Source: a virus. Taken from it: a DNA stretch of 39,792 nt. Under the pieces are notes generated by a model. It was not told where the DNA came from. It worked only from the letters and a program-made list of their open reading frames with translations, and did no database searches. The stretch lies in IMG/VR virus record IMGVR_UViG_3300043468_000422. One strand, given 5' to 3'. The translations under genes were made by a program, and so were the position numbers. Of this stretch, positions 7,914 through 15,218 are shown one piece after another. How positions within the stretch are numbered: position 1 is the stretch's first letter; each line of letters begins with the position of its first letter.

Positions 7914-8435
7914 ATGCGAAACCTTGTACGGCTATTTGCCGTTTCTATGGTAGGGATTATCACCTTCGGCAGCATCGCTTCAGCAGCCAAAGCCCCTTTG
8001 CCAACCCTTGAACCTCTTAGCGTGGCTGTCCGTGCGTCTGAGAAGGCATCTGAACCTGACATCGTGTTCCGTCACGGCGACATCTCATGGCTACCAGAAC
8101 TAGCCACCGAAGCAGGCTGGCCACCTCACACATGGAAGAAATTGGGTCACATAATCCTACGCGAATCCGGCGGCTGCCCGACCCGTATCGGCGGCTCTGT
8201 AGTGGACAAAGATTGCAACCTGATTCGCATGGCAACCATGTCGCATCCATCAGATACAGGACTCCTACAGATCAATGGAATCAACTGGGATTTTGAGCGA
8301 ACCAAACTTGCAATTGTCTGTGTCCGTATGAAAGTATGCACCCAGGAGGAACTGATGAACCCGATAACAAACTTACGTGCTGGCAAACTACTGTTTGATG
8401 TGGCAGGCTGGAGTCCGTGGAATACGACGAAATGA
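7914..8435 (+). CDS. Secreted SLT/Rpf-like transglycosylase
   Basis: ATG 7914 follows ggaga. Signal peptide MRNLVRLFAVSMVGIITFGSIASA/AK. Motifs RESGG and DTGLLQINGINW. Confidence 0.75.
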   Translation: MRNLVRLFAVSMVGIITFGSIASAAKAPLPTLEPLSVAVRASEKASEPDIVFRHGDISWLPELATEAGWPPHTWKKLGHIILRESGGCPTRIGGSVVDKDCNLIRMATMSHPSDTGLLQINGINWDFERTKLAIVCVRMKVCTQEELMNPITNLRAGKLLFDVAGWSPWNTTK

Positions 8436-8719
8436 GCCTCCTGGACAACTTCATCCTTGAATTAAAAGACAACGACTTCGGTTGGCAAAAGGATGCAAAC
8501 TGTAAAGGTGCTGACACCGAAATGTTTTTTATGGAAATAGACGAAGCAGCTATCAACCATATAAAGATTCGTGAAGCAAGAAAAGTTTGTTTTGAATGCA
8601 CAGTAAAAAAGGATTGCCTTGACTTTGCTGTAGTGAACAATATAAATTATGGGATATGGGGTGGATCAACCCCACTGCAACGTAAGGAGATACGACATGA
8701 GCAACGAAACAGAGTTTGA
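8432..8719 (+). CDS. whiB: WhiB-family Fe-S transcription factor
   Basis: ATGA coupling. Four Cys in the pattern C-x(n)-C-x2-C-x5-C (CKG...CFECTVKKDC), the GIWGG turn and a basic C-terminus. Confidence 0.9.
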   Translation: MSLLDNFILELKDNDFGWQKDANCKGADTEMFFMEIDEAAINHIKIREARKVCFECTVKKDCLDFAVVNNINYGIWGGSTPLQRKEIRHEQRNRV

Positions 8720-8912
8720 ACTTGAATACTGGCAGGATCGAGTTGACGCACTCGCTGTCACCAACCAAGCGTTACAAGAAGAACGCGACCGCTACATGGA
8801 TGCAGCTGAATCGTTAGCACAAGAACTTGACGCACTTAAAGCGACAGTGAAACAAGCCGAGTCTGTTATCTCCAGACTACGAACCCATATCGCACAAGGT
8901 ATCGAACTTTAA
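8697..8912 (+). CDS. Small coiled-coil protein
   Basis: ATG 8697 follows aaggaga. The sequence is heptad-rich. Confidence 0.55.
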   Translation: MSNETEFELEYWQDRVDALAVTNQALQEERDRYMDAAESLAQELDALKATVKQAESVISRLRTHIAQGIEL

Positions 8913-8930
8913 TAAACGCCGAGGGGCAAC

Positions 8931-9260
8931 ATGACACCAAACGAAATAGATATTTTTGTCAACCGTCTGCTAGCCATGTACCCAAATACATTTGCGCAAC
9001 GCAGAACATTAGAAGCAGCATGGCGCAGGGATCATATTCTTTTAGAAGCAACTACAGAAAAAGCTGCCGAAGTATTGGAACGGTGCGTCGCACACGGCGC
9101 ATTCCCAACCCAATTTGAAGTACGAACAATGTTTAACCCTGACCACAACAAACCAAAACAACTTGTCGGTTGCTGGCTATGCGACAACACAGGATGGTGG
9201 TCCCCGACTGAAGCCAGAGGTGTCAAACCTTGCCCATGCAGAAAAGACATTGAACAATGA
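8931..9260 (+). CDS. Hypothetical protein with a C-terminal zinc-ribbon-like CxxC...CxC
   Basis: RBS gagggg. C-terminal CWLCDNTGWW...CPCRKD. Confidence 0.6.
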   Translation: MTPNEIDIFVNRLLAMYPNTFAQRRTLEAAWRRDHILLEATTEKAAEVLERCVAHGAFPTQFEVRTMFNPDHNKPKQLVGCWLCDNTGWWSPTEARGVKPCPCRKDIEQ

Positions 9261-9502
9261 AAGACCCACAATATGATCGCAAATATTTGGCAACAGAAAT
9301 TATCAAATCCTTTGGTCCAGATACGACAAACACCAATGTTGCAGAAATCTTAGGCATCGGTCGATCAACCGTATACAAATGGATTGAAAGACAAATACGA
9401 TTTAATGCTTACGAAGCAGATCGTTACGCAATTAAATTAGGTTTACATCCCTGCGAAATTTGGGATGATTGGTTCACTATGACATTGGAGGAAACAGGAT
9501 GA
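9257..9502 (+). CDS. Helix-turn-helix DNA-binding protein
   Basis: ATGA coupling. HTH NVAEILGIGRSTVYKWIERQ. Confidence 0.65.
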   Translation: MKDPQYDRKYLATEIIKSFGPDTTNTNVAEILGIGRSTVYKWIERQIRFNAYEADRYAIKLGLHPCEIWDDWFTMTLEETG

Positions 9503-10968
9503 AAGTTTTAAGTTTGTTTAGCGGTGTTGGTGGGTTTGACATGGGGTTAGAGAACGCTGGTATGCAGACAGTGTTCCAATGTGAATGGGACAAACATGCC
9601 AACAGCATTCTGTATAAGCATTGGCCTGATGTCCCGAAATGGGATGATGTATCTACACTGACAGGCAAGCATATTCTTGCTCATGCACCCGTTGTCGATG
9701 TTGTTGCATGGGGTTCACCATGCCAAGACCTGTCCGTTGCAGGCAAACGAGCAGGGTTAGAAGGTGGCAGGTCAAGTTTATTTCACGAAGGAATCCGAAT
9801 CATCAAAGAACTACAGGAGGAAACGAATGGACAATATCCAAGAATCTCTATTTGGGAGAACGTTGTTGGCGCACTCAACTCCAACAGAGGGGCTGACTTC
9901 GGGATCATCCTCAATGAAATGGCTGAAGCAGGGGCGTTGGCAATCGAATGGAGTGTGCTGGACGCACAATACTTCGGAATACCCCAACGACGAAGGCGCG
10001 TGTTCGTCATCGCTATCTTTGATCCTGTCCTCGCCAACCGATGTCCAAACCCGCTACTACCTGTCTCCGAAAGCTTGCCAGGGCATCTTGCGAAGGGCAA
10101 ACCGGCGAGGAAAAGTGCTGCCAGAAAGACTACAGAAAGCATTGGAACAGATGGTACAAAACTTGTAGAAGGGTTTACATCATCTTCATTTGCTGGTTAT
10201 TCCGAGGGTGTTGGCACACTTCGCTCCAACGGTGGTGACTTGGGAGGTGGCAGCGAAACATTAGTTACTGAACCGTTTGTGAAGTCAAGTCGAGCGCAAA
10301 CATCAGACGATTCAGAAACATGGATACTTGGCGAAGTCAACCCGACATTGAACTCGTTTGATGTTGGTGATACCCGTGCCACAACAGCCATCGTTGAACC
10401 AATACAAATGAAAAATAACCCTGTCAAAGAAATCGTTGGCTCACTACAAGCCAGGGTAACAGCAACCAATCACGAATCCATAAGAGATGGACATGCCATA
10501 GTTGAGGAACCCATCTTCTTTCAGGCACACATGAGTGGAGAAGCACGAATCCAAGAAAAAGTTATGCACTCGCTATCAGCGATGATGGGAACAGGAGGCA
10601 ACAACGTGCCAATGCTTGCCTACGATGAATACAACGACACCCTTAACGAGGTGCATCATGCTCTCCGTGCAGGCACCAAACAATCCACAGGTGTGTTGCT
10701 TGGCAATGAAGTCGCTGCCACCTTGCGGTCAGGTGGTGATGGTGGCGTACCATCAAGCCGAGGCGAACACCTAGTTGCTGAACCAACGATGGCTGTACGC
10801 CGGTTGACCCCTCTTGAATGCGAAAGGCTCATGGGTTGGCCTGATGATCACACTCGATACAAAGCCGACGGAACAGACCAAGCCGACACTCACCGATACA
10901 AACAATGCGGCAACGGAGTCGCATCACCAGTAGCCCAATGGATCGCAAAACATATTTTGGCAATCTAA
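9499..10968 (+). CDS. DNA (cytosine-5) methyltransferase with a long variable region
   Basis: RBS ggagga. Motif I LFSGVGGFDMG, IV GSPCQDLSVAG, VI ENV, VIII QRRRRVF, IX RRLTPLECERLMGWP, X GNGVASPVA. Confidence 0.95.
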   Translation: MKVLSLFSGVGGFDMGLENAGMQTVFQCEWDKHANSILYKHWPDVPKWDDVSTLTGKHILAHAPVVDVVAWGSPCQDLSVAGKRAGLEGGRSSLFHEGIRIIKELQEETNGQYPRISIWENVVGALNSNRGADFGIILNEMAEAGALAIEWSVLDAQYFGIPQRRRRVFVIAIFDPVLANRCPNPLLPVSESLPGHLAKGKPARKSAARKTTESIGTDGTKLVEGFTSSSFAGYSEGVGTLRSNGGDLGGGSETLVTEPFVKSSRAQTSDDSETWILGEVNPTLNSFDVGDTRATTAIVEPIQMKNNPVKEIVGSLQARVTATNHESIRDGHAIVEEPIFFQAHMSGEARIQEKVMHSLSAMMGTGGNNVPMLAYDEYNDTLNEVHHALRAGTKQSTGVLLGNEVAATLRSGGDGGVPSSRGEHLVAEPTMAVRRLTPLECERLMGWPDDHTRYKADGTDQADTHRYKQCGNGVASPVAQWIAKHILAI

Positions 10969-11087
10969 TGAACAAACAAACCTGGCACTGCCCACAATGC
11001 AAACAAGTGATCACCACCTACATTAAACTTGTTGAACCACCCGTATGCGAAAACAAACACCGACCAACACCAATGGAGAACAAATGA
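10968..11087 (+). CDS. 39-aa zinc-ribbon protein
   Basis: TAATG overlap with the methyltransferase stop. MNKQTWHCPQCKQ...PPVCENKH. Confidence 0.5.
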   Translation: MNKQTWHCPQCKQVITTYIKLVEPPVCENKHRPTPMENK

Positions 11088-11407
11088 ACCTGCTGGACAT
11101 CATCGCCGCTACCGAAGCCAAAAACCAGGCAATCGCTACCGTTACCAACAACGCCGACCAAACATGGCTCACCTCCTGTTACAACGTGATCGTACAAATC
11201 GCTACCACTACCGACACCTTCACTACCGACACAATTTGGCAGGCACTAGAAAACGCAGCACTACCGACACCACACGAACCCCGTGCGATAGGTGGCGTAC
11301 TTCGACAAGTTGCCAGTGACGGACTGATCTGCCCTACCGACACTTACCAACCATCGGCGCGTGTAGCGTGTCACGCTCGGCCTATTCGTGTTTGGCGGCG
11401 CGTATGA
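11084..11407 (+). CDS. Hypothetical protein
   Basis: ATGA coupling at 11084. The product starts MNLLDIIAATEAK and has non-repetitive composition. Confidence 0.6.
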   Translation: MNLLDIIAATEAKNQAIATVTNNADQTWLTSCYNVIVQIATTTDTFTTDTIWQALENAALPTPHEPRAIGGVLRQVASDGLICPTDTYQPSARVACHARPIRVWRRV

Positions 11408-11538
11408 ACGATCAACCGTCGCTGTTCGACATCACTGACCCGTACAAGGCCGGCGATAATCCGCTGGCCGACTGGACTGATGACCAGATCGAACACTTGG
11501 TATCGATATGGAAAAAAAATATCAAAAACAATCCTTGA
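11404..11538 (+). CDS. Possible 44-aa acidic peptide
   Basis: ATGA coupling at 11404. My translation is MNDQPSLFDITDPYKAGDNPLADWTDDQIEHLVSIWKKNIKNNP. Confidence 0.4.
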   Translation: MNDQPSLFDITDPYKAGDNPLADWTDDQIEHLVSIWKKNIKNNP

Positions 11539-11563
11539 CATTGTGCCGGCGATAGGTAATACT
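11535..11563 (+). promoter_or_regulatory. Promoter of accessory cassette, part 1
   Basis: TTGACA at 11535..11540, a 16-17-nt spacer, and TAATACT at 11557..11563. Confidence 0.5.
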
Positions 11564-11587
11564 CTTGTTAGCCCCGCTTGACGGGGG

Positions 11588-11604
11588 AACAGTTGGGAGA
11601 CTGT
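11588..11604 (+). promoter_or_regulatory. Conserved palindromic leader AACAGTTGGGAGACTGT (copy 1)
   Basis: Identical 17-mer to 13660..13676. ACAGT/ACTGT arms flank the SD-like TGGGAG. It abuts ATG 11605. Confidence 0.5.
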
Positions 11605-12216
11605 ATGAAACAAGTAACGGTTACAGAAACCGTGTTTTTATTGGGCGAATTGTCTGATACGGCACGTGAAAAAGCGTTAGAAAAAATGCGTAACGTATTG
11701 TATGAATGGTTAGGCAGCAGCCAGATCACCGATCATCTGAACGGCGAGCTGTATTCCGCGCTCACTGGCACATACGACGGGGATCTAAGCAAAAAAGAAT
11801 TGTCTAAGCGCGTTGGCCTAACTATCGAATGGTCACTGTCACACTGTCAAGGTGACGGGGTAGCTATCTATGGCACACTCTATAAAGATGACGCGCCCAA
11901 CGTAGAATGGCACGGAGCAGACACCGCCACGTTCACCCGCAATAGTCACGGCCACCATTACAGCCACGAAAACTGTATGACTATCGCATTGTTCACTAGT
12001 GACGATGACGGTTGTTCGATTGACGCAGACACAGACACAACCGAAACGTTTGCCGAACAATTCCGTAATCTATGTCGCGAACTAGCACGATCAGGTTACG
12101 CGGAGATTGACAACCTAACCAGTGAACAAGCCGTATTAGAATATCTCGAATGGTCTGAGCCGCGTCGGTTCACCGAAGACGGAGATATTCACCCGACAAA
12201 ATGGTGGGGGGAATAA
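11605..12216 (+). CDS. Hypothetical 203-aa protein (SLSHCQGDG motif)
   Basis: ATG immediately follows the conserved leader. I recognise no family. Confidence 0.7.
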   Translation: MKQVTVTETVFLLGELSDTAREKALEKMRNVLYEWLGSSQITDHLNGELYSALTGTYDGDLSKKELSKRVGLTIEWSLSHCQGDGVAIYGTLYKDDAPNVEWHGADTATFTRNSHGHHYSHENCMTIALFTSDDDGCSIDADTDTTETFAEQFRNLCRELARSGYAEIDNLTSEQAVLEYLEWSEPRRFTEDGDIHPTKWWGE

Positions 12217-12374
12217 TGGCCACCACTACAGCACCGGCTTGGAATTATTACCGGTCACAATTAGCCGGTACGCCTTGCGCGGAATGCGCTATTTGCGGAA
12301 TGATCTACGTCTATTGGGAAACCGAAGACTTGGAATATCACACTCAACAACACGAAACGGAGACAGCACAATGA
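12216..12374 (+). CDS. 52-aa Cys-rich protein (CAECAIC)
   Basis: TAATG and ATGA overlaps at its two ends. It is below the ORF-track cutoff. Confidence 0.5.
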   Translation: MATTTAPAWNYYRSQLAGTPCAECAICGMIYVYWETEDLEYHTQQHETETAQ

Positions 12375-12604
12375 AAGTGAAATATGCGATACAACAACTA
12401 TCAGCACTAAAACCCGATGAAGAAATTGTTATCGCCTACTGGACTAAAGAATGGTTCATAGACGTACTTGGCAGGGAAATAAACGATGACCAATGGGATG
12501 ACATCACCGGAGAATGTGACGATGTGATCGACAATATGCCTATCGGGGATTACCTAGAAACCGCAGCCAACGAAATACTTGACAACGAGGAGACAGCACA
12601 ATGA
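12371..12604 (+). CDS. 77-aa strongly acidic protein
   Basis: GGAGACAGCACAATGAA initiation region, identical to the one at 12587. About 20 D/E against about 5 K/R by my count. Confidence 0.65.
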   Translation: MKVKYAIQQLSALKPDEEIVIAYWTKEWFIDVLGREINDDQWDDITGECDDVIDNMPIGDYLETAANEILDNEETAQ

Positions 12605-12900
12605 ACTTACGCGCATTACAACAATTCACCGACGAAATATTTGGGCAAAACCGGCATACCGACAGTATGAACGACTACTACCCGCACACACTGTACCTAG
12701 ATACCGAACAAGGCACGTATGGTGACGCGTCACGAATAGCATTGATCAGTACAACTGACTGGACACAAGATGATTGTGACGCTTGGGAGTGTATGACCGA
12801 CAGCGAGCGCAACGAATACGCGAGAGAACACAACCGTTACAACGGCCAATGCCTAAACCCATTGGAATACCAACGCGAGACTGGCAGCGACAACCAATGA
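12601..12900 (+). CDS. 99-aa acidic protein
   Basis: ATGA coupling. About 19 D/E against about 7 R. Confidence 0.65.
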   Translation: MNLRALQQFTDEIFGQNRHTDSMNDYYPHTLYLDTEQGTYGDASRIALISTTDWTQDDCDAWECMTDSERNEYAREHNRYNGQCLNPLEYQRETGSDNQ

Positions 12901-13079
12901 AGCCGCTACTGCACCGCGTTGTGGCGGTATCCAACCTATGCACAGTCACAACTTTTGTAACCGCGCACGATGACGATGAAGCCGAACTTATGGGATTGCA
13001 GCAGATAGCAGATGAGTTTGGATTTACTGATACGTCTATGTTTTTTGACATTGAGACAGAATGTGAAGAAGCACAATGA
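12897..13079 (+). CDS. 60-aa acidic protein
   Basis: ATGA coupling. About 13 D/E against 2 K/R. Confidence 0.55.
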   Translation: MKPLLHRVVAVSNLCTVTTFVTAHDDDEAELMGLQQIADEFGFTDTSMFFDIETECEEAQ

Positions 13080-13246
13080 CCGACAGCCTCATATTCCGCG
13101 CTACCGCCACCACCATAATCGTGACCGTAGGTATATGTGCCGTGACAGTAGGCGCCAACGCCGGCTATCTATGGTGGGCAACAATGCTCATCTCGATCTA
13201 CCCGTTCACCCACCTTTACTACCGACACAAACAAACTCGCCGCTAA
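13076..13246 (+). CDS. 56-aa two-TM membrane protein
   Basis: ATGA coupling. My translation is MTDSLIFRATATTIIVTVGICAVTVGANAGYLWWATMLISIYPFTHLYYRHKQTRR. Confidence 0.5.
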   Translation: MTDSLIFRATATTIIVTVGICAVTVGANAGYLWWATMLISIYPFTHLYYRHKQTRR

Positions 13247-13253
13247 CAAGTAC

Positions 13254-13292
13254 CGGTAGTGGGGTCACACTCCCAAGCTGGCACCACTACCG
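13254..13292 (+). terminator. 9-bp hairpin (candidate I-shaped terminator) between the two halves of the cassette
   Basis: cggtagtgg at 13254..13262 pairs with ccactaccg at 13284..13292. It starts 8 nt after the stop at 13246 and has no U-tract. Confidence 0.4.
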
Positions 13293-13414
13293 CTACCGGC
13301 ACCACAACCGACTACACCGCGACAGCACACGTAAGTTACCGATCAGTAATCGAACTAGTGTTCGTATAGCGTAAAGTCTTTACATTGTCAAACCCAAAGA
13401 CGCTCATATTAGGT

Positions 13415-13615
13415 ATGAAATACCTAATACAAATAGACACCGCCGCCGGCCAACTCACTATCGGCCACTTCGACACACTCACCGCCGCGCGCAGATATCT
13501 TTCCAAAGTTAGATCCGGCGTAATTGTGCCACTGATCCCCGCACACGCGGCAACAGCTCAACAGCTCACAACTTCCACCCGCGATCAAATATATTTAATG
13601 CTTGACAAAATCTAA
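13415..13615 (+). CDS. Hypothetical 66-aa protein
   Basis: ATG 13415 inside ORF 13385..13615. TCATAT lies 5 nt upstream, so the mRNA may be leaderless. Confidence 0.5.
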   Translation: MKYLIQIDTAAGQLTIGHFDTLTAARRYLSKVRSGVIVPLIPAHAATAQQLTTSTRDQIYLMLDKI

Positions 13616-13630
13616 AAAGTATGATCTAAT
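13602..13630 (+). promoter_or_regulatory. Promoter of accessory cassette, part 2
   Basis: TTGACA at 13602..13607, a 17-nt spacer, and TCTAAT at 13625..13630. Confidence 0.45.
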
Positions 13631-13659
13631 CATAAAGCGCACGAAAACAACGAGCGCGC

Positions 13660-13676
13660 AACAGTTGGGAGACTGT
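13660..13676 (+). promoter_or_regulatory. Conserved palindromic leader AACAGTTGGGAGACTGT (copy 2)
   Basis: Identical 17-mer to 11588..11604, lying 6 nt upstream of ATG 13683. Confidence 0.5.
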
Positions 13677-13682
13677 CAAACA

Positions 13683-14294
13683 ATGAGCGCATACCAAGTA
13701 GACACCGATCTAATTGACCTGATCGTATCGGCCACCACCGAGCGCGATTACAACCGCGACCACGTAAACCCGCTATATATGTATCTACCGGCAGTTACGC
13801 CCACGATATACACAGCCGAACTAATCGAGCTGACCGAACACCGCGAAGGGTACAGCGTGATCACACTGCCCAACGGCCAACCCCTAGCGCACTTGGGAAA
13901 CCGCGCAGACCGCGAGACGCTGATAGGTCGTGAACTAATAGCGGCGAATTGTGCGAGCCTTGCGGCACGATACAGCGACACCAACGCCGACAAAATCGGC
14001 GGGATGATCTCATATTTGCCAACTGATTACACGTACCGCCGCGTATGCCGCGACAGGTTCGCCGACTTCGGGCACGTGTTTGGCGCGTTGGCTTGCTTCG
14101 AGTATCAGTCGTGCGAAACCGGCCAGAGAACGCTTGCCGAAATGATCACCGAACGAACCCGCAAAAGTATCGCCGCCGGCGTAGCCGCCGAAACAGACGA
14201 AGCCCGCGCCGCGTGGGGTAGCTGGTCACGTGAATATCAACAAACCCGCCACCAAGAAACCCGCGCACAAATAGCCGAAATGATGAACCAATGA
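13683..14294 (+). CDS. Hypothetical 203-aa protein (FEYQSCE motif)
   Basis: ATG 13683 follows the conserved leader. I recognise no family. Confidence 0.7.
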   Translation: MSAYQVDTDLIDLIVSATTERDYNRDHVNPLYMYLPAVTPTIYTAELIELTEHREGYSVITLPNGQPLAHLGNRADRETLIGRELIAANCASLAARYSDTNADKIGGMISYLPTDYTYRRVCRDRFADFGHVFGALACFEYQSCETGQRTLAEMITERTRKSIAAGVAAETDEARAAWGSWSREYQQTRHQETRAQIAEMMNQ

Positions 14295-14497
14295 CCGAAC
14301 TACAAGCAATCCCACTGACCGCGCTCGTTATGGCATCACCGTTTATCGCTGGCGCCATAATTGGCCAACTAATGAGCCACCGCAAACCCCGCACACGAAC
14401 ACCAAACGCCGAACTAATCCAACGCCGGCGCGCACAAATCGAGCGCAACAGCGCACGAAAAACAACAACCCAACAGAACAGGAACAAAACCAAATGA
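14291..14497 (+). CDS. 68-aa single-TM protein with an Arg/Lys-rich tail
   Basis: ATGA coupling. Hydrophobic IPLTALVMASPFIAGAIIGQLM followed by a basic C-terminus. Confidence 0.55.
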   Translation: MTELQAIPLTALVMASPFIAGAIIGQLMSHRKPRTRTPNAELIQRRRAQIERNSARKTTTQQNRNKTK

Positions 14498-15111
14498 GCA
14501 ACGATCAGAAAACCCAACTAGGCCAAATCACCGGCACATTAAAAGACCTTGCGCAAGTGTTCGCAATCGTCACACCGTACGCCAGCACCGACAAGCAATC
14601 TCTACAACTGGCCACGATCACCGGCGCAGTGTTCGAGTGTTGCGACAGTTACGCCGCAGTAAAACACACCACAGACCAACTAACCACAGCAGCCACCCCG
14701 CAACCGTTCACACTGCCCGCCAGCGAAGTATCAAAAGCACTCACAGCAGCAGCCAAACTAGCCGGAAAACACGCCGGCCAAGTCACAGCCACATTGACCG
14801 CCACGCCGGAAGCGTGGACACTCACCACCACAGCAGGCCACACCCACACCGGAAACAACCCACAACACGAAACACCCAACACCAGCCAGATCTGGCACGA
14901 CGCACAAACCACAACGCCGGACACGTTCGAGCCGTTCAGCCTTGCCCAATGGCAGCTCGAAAGACTAGCCAAAACCACCAAACAGGCCGCCAACAACGAC
15001 CAACCCGCAACACTCACCAACTACAGCACACCCACCAAACCAGTCATCTACACAATCACAACACCCACCAGCAGCACTCTAGTGCTAGTAATGCCAACCA
15101 AAACCAAATAG
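14494..15111 (+). CDS. Hypothetical 205-aa Thr-rich protein (possible sliding-clamp-like fold)
   Basis: ATGA coupling. The suggested fold rests on pattern resemblance only (see findings). Confidence 0.65.
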   Translation: MSNDQKTQLGQITGTLKDLAQVFAIVTPYASTDKQSLQLATITGAVFECCDSYAAVKHTTDQLTTAATPQPFTLPASEVSKALTAAAKLAGKHAGQVTATLTATPEAWTLTTTAGHTHTGNNPQHETPNTSQIWHDAQTTTPDTFEPFSLAQWQLERLAKTTKQAANNDQPATLTNYSTPTKPVIYTITTPTSSTLVLVMPTKTK

Positions 15112-15185
15112 GAGACACCCACAACAGAACCACCACCACCCAGAGCGGCTAGATGTCGCTCGCCTTGCCGACAAAATCGGCCACC

Positions 15186-15218
15186 AATGCCCGCCCGCAC
15201 CCACCGCCGGCGGGCATT
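15186..15218 (+). terminator. 10-bp GC hairpin (candidate I-shaped terminator) after the accessory cassette
   Basis: aatgcccgcc at 15186..15195 pairs with ggcgggcatt at 15209..15218, with a 13-nt loop and no U-tract. Confidence 0.4.

Noticed and set aside
9764-10168. Alternative-frame ORFs inside the methyltransferase (9764..10168, 10041..10238), the terminase (16670..17122), the surface protein (1050..1403) and the large virion genes.
   Set aside because: They are embedded in genes whose main frame carries complete, ordered catalytic motifs or continuous long ORFs. There is no independent start context.
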